NCBI GenBank assembly: GCA_963819655.1
Contig: CAWFXA010000001.1
Span: forward strand, 480,001-544,000
Direction: 5' to 3'
Source of the DNA: an uncultured Chloroflexia bacterium
GTDB taxonomy: Bacteria > Chloroflexota > Limnocylindria > Limnocylindrales > CSP1-4
Length of the DNA: 64,000 nucleotides
Shown here: piece after piece, positions 61,268 through 64,000 of the stretch
Position numbering within the stretch: the first letter of the stretch is position 1
How the letters are laid out: every line of letters begins with the position of its first letter
The notes under the pieces: model-generated
Databases searched by the model: none
Seen by the model: only the letters and a program-made list of their open reading frames with translations
What the model was told of the DNA's origin: nothing
Made by a program: the position numbers and the translations under genes

Positions 61268-63973
61268 TCAGTCTGGCGACTCGACGAGGAGCGTGCCGGC
61301 CATCCCGGCATCGGCGTGACCCGGCACGGTGCACACGATCCGGTAGGTGCCGGGTTGGTCGATCGCGAACCGGATCGTGCGGGTCTGGCCCGGACGCGCG
61401 CCGGCGTCGACGTTGGCCAGCCCCTCGACCTCCCAGTCATGGAAGATGGGGTCGTCATTTCGGAAGGACAGGACCACGGTCCGGCCCGCCTCCACTCGCA
61501 CCTCGGCCGGGGTGAACGCGGTGTCGCGGGCCGTGACCGCCAGGCGCGTGGCGCCGGCGTCAACCCAGCGGTCGGCGGCCATGACACCTCCTGCCAAACC
61601 GACCGCCGCCAGCGCGACCGCGGCGAGAAACCAGGCCTGGCGCAGTCGGCCGAAGAGGCCGGCCCGGCGGATCCGATGTGGCGCCTGCGGTCGCGCATCG
61701 AACGACCGGAGCCGAAGGGCGTTCGCGACGACCGTGACCGACGAGAGCGCCATCGCACCCGCGGCGAGCGCCGGCGAGAGGGCGATCCCGAACGCCGGGA
61801 TCAGGACGCCCATGGCCACCGGGATGAGGACGATGTTGTAGGCGAAGGCCCAGAAGAGGTTCTGGCGGATCACCGTCATGGTCGCCCGTGACAGCCCGAT
61901 CGCGGCCGGCACGCCGCGCGGATCGCCGCCGATGAGCGTCACGCCGGCGGCGTCGATCGCGACGTCGGTCCCGGTCCCGATGGCGATCCCGAGATCGGCC
62001 TGCGCGAGCCCGGGCGCGTCATTGATCCCGTCGCCGACCATCGCGACCGTTCGGCCCCGGCCCTGGAGTCTTTCGACGATCCCCGCCTTGTCGGTCGGAC
62101 GCGTCTCGGCCACGACGCGATGCGCCGGGATGCCGACCTGGCCGGCGACCGCGGTCGCCGTGGACCGCGCGTCGCCCGTCACGAGCCAGACCTCGATGCC
62201 CGCGGCGGACAGCTCGCGCACCGCACCGGCCGCCTCGACCCTGACGGGGTCGGCGATGGCGATCAACCCGGCAGCACGGCCGTCGATGGCCACACCGACG
62301 GGTGTTCGCCCGTTCGTCGCAAGAGTCTCGAGCGCCGAACCCAACCGTGAGAAGTCGATCCCGTCAGCGGCGAGCCAGGACGGTCGGCCCACGATGACGC
62401 TTCGTCGACCTGCGGCTGTCTCGACGACGCCACGGACACCGCCGCCGATGGTCGCATCGAACTCGACGACGCGGTCGAACCCGAGCTCGCGCTCGTTGGC
62501 GTACGCGACGATGGCCGCCCCGAGCGGGTGTTCGCTCGCACGCTCGAGGGCACCGGCGAGGTCGATGACGGTTCGTGCCGCCTCACCGGGTGCGACGACC
62601 ACATCGGTGACGCTCGGGCGACCGAGCGTGAGCGTGCCCGTCTTGTCGAACACGACGGTATCCACGCGATGGGCCGTCTCGAGGGCCTCACCCCCGCGGA
62701 TCAGGATGCCGGCCTCCGCCCCACGACCGGTCCCGACCATGACCGCGGCCGGTGTGGCCAGACCCATCGCGCACGGGCAGGCGATCACCACGACACCGAT
62801 GAATGCGGTGAGGGCCAGCGTCGTCCTTGGCTCCGGTCCGAAGACGAACCAGACCACGAACGTCGCGCCGGCCACCAGGAGAACCAGCGGAACGAACACC
62901 TCCGCGATCCGATCCGCGAGGTGCTGGATCGGGGGCTTGCTTCCCTGCGCACGACGCACTGCCTCGACGATGCGCGCGAGCGCGGTCTCACGACCCACCC
63001 GGGTCGCGCGCATCACGAACGTCCCTGTCGTGTTGAGGGTCGCCCCGACGACCTCGATGCCGGCCGTCACCTCGACCGGAAACGCCTCCCCGGTGAGCAT
63101 GCTGGCATCGACCGCCGACACTCCTTCGACGACGACTCCGTCGACCGGCACCCTGTCGCCCGGCCTCACGCGGAGGAGGTCACCGACCGCGACGCCCTCG
63201 AGCGGGACGTCGACCTCTCGGCCGCCCTCGACCCGACGTGCGGTCGCCGGCTGCAGGCCGACCAGCCGGCGGATCGCGCCCGCCGTGCTGGCCTTCGCGC
63301 GTCCTTCCAGCCAGCGCCCGAGGAGGACGAGGCCAAGGATGATCGTCGATGCATCGAAGTAGGTCTCCGGATGCAGCCCAGCCGCGTGGATCGCTTCCGG
63401 GAAGAGGGTCACGCCGACGCTGTACAGCCAGGCGGCCGTCGTTCCGATCGCGATGAGCGTGTCCATGTTGGCCGTCCCGTGACGAGCGGCCCGCCACGTC
63501 GCTCGATAGAAGCGGGATCCCGCCCAGGCCTGGATGAACGTGGCCGGAACGAGCGCCAGCCAGTTGATGGTCTCCATCGGGATGCGCGTCTGGGGGACGA
63601 ACATCGCGACCATGATCGCGACGGCCACGGCGATCGACACCAGTGCCTGGCGGAGAAGCGTGCGCGACTCCTCGTCGCGACGAGCATCGGCGTCGGCCGC
63701 CTCGGCGGTCAGCGAGATCGGTGGCTCGTCGCGGCTCCGCTCGGCATCGGGGCGGACGTCGTAGCCGGCCGCCTCGACGGCGGCCACGAACCGGGCGCGG
63801 TCGGCCACGCTCGGGAGGTAGCGGATGGTCGCCTGCTCGGTGGCGAGATTGACGCTCGCGGTCTCGACCCCGTCCGTCGCCCGCAGGAATCGCTCGATCC
63901 GATTCACGCACGATGCGCACGTCATGCCCTCGACGGGAAGCTGGATCTCGGCGGTCGTCGGCTCGCGCATCAT
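61268..63973 (-). CDS. copA: Cu(I)-translocating P1B ATPase with a C-terminal cupredoxin domain
   Basis: [35 protein letters not shown]; tail FHDWEV...[11 protein letters not shown]. Confidence 0.92.
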   Translation of the reverse strand: MMREPTTAEIQLPVEGMTCASCVNRIERFLRATDGVETASVNLATEQATIRYLPSVADRARFVAAVEAAGYDVRPDAERSRDEPPISLTAEAADADARRDEESRTLLRQALVSIAVAVAIMVAMFVPQTRIPMETINWLALVPATFIQAWAGSRFYRATWRAARHGTANMDTLIAIGTTAAWLYSVGVTLFPEAIHAAGLHPETYFDASTIILGLVLLGRWLEGRAKASTAGAIRRLVGLQPATARRVEGGREVDVPLEGVAVGDLLRVRPGDRVPVDGVVVEGVSAVDASMLTGEAFPVEVTAGIEVVGATLNTTGTFVMRATRVGRETALARIVEAVRRAQGSKPPIQHLADRIAEVFVPLVLLVAGATFVVWFVFGPEPRTTLALTAFIGVVVIACPCAMGLATPAAVMVGTGRGAEAGILIRGGEALETAHRVDTVVFDKTGTLTLGRPSVTDVVVAPGEAARTVIDLAGALERASEHPLGAAIVAYANERELGFDRVVEFDATIGGGVRGVVETAAGRRSVIVGRPSWLAADGIDFSRLGSALETLATNGRTPVGVAIDGRAAGLIAIADPVRVEAAGAVRELSAAGIEVWLVTGDARSTATAVAGQVGIPAHRVVAETRPTDKAGIVERLQGRGRTVAMVGDGINDAPGLAQADLGIAIGTGTDVAIDAAGVTLIGGDPRGVPAAIGLSRATMTVIRQNLFWAFAYNIVLIPVAMGVLIPAFGIALSPALAAGAMALSSVTVVANALRLRSFDARPQAPHRIRRAGLFGRLRQAWFLAAVALAAVGLAGGVMAADRWVDAGATRLAVTARDTAFTPAEVRVEAGRTVVLSFRNDDPIFHDWEVEGLANVDAGARPGQTRTIRFAIDQPGTYRIVCTVPGHADAGMAGTLLVESPD

Positions 63974-63988
63974 ACTCCTGGGGAGTAT
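63972..63988. promoter_or_regulatory. CsoR-type operator candidate overlapping the copA -10/RBS
   Basis: ATACTCC-TGG-GGAGTAT pseudo-palindrome with a TAC..G-tract..GTA layout. Confidence 0.6.
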
Positions 63989-64000
63989 ATCAGCCGTCGG

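Overview
High-GC chromosomal window from a probably monoderm bacterium; the gene style suggests Chloroflexota or Actinomycetota (inference only). It is mostly housekeeping and accessory metabolism: acyl-CoA ligase and dehydrogenase, a flippase with a kinase, ALDH, PPK2, a two-component system divergent from a tandem RND pair, pheA, a GT4/GH130 sugar cluster, an ilvBN-ilvC-leuA-leuB-cimA operon with a Leu-rich attenuator, leuCD, ilvD, marR/fabD/fabF/fabF and a CopA-cupredoxin fusion. No cas genes, transposases, tRNAs or rRNAs were seen. About ten single-base frameshifts look like assembly errors. The best novelty candidate is 24.6-28.3 kb: a membrane-sensor GAF-GGDEF-EAL protein, then a DUF5317 membrane protein with signal-peptidase-II-like Asp motifs, then a c-di-GMP-I riboswitch, then a 29-aa signal-peptide-like ORF ending GAGIRWN that is missing from the ORF track. 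Together these suggest a peptide-signalling circuit wired to c-di-GMP. Also notable are four 19-bp palindromes at an exact 62-bp period (43462-43666) and a probable AUC start codon.
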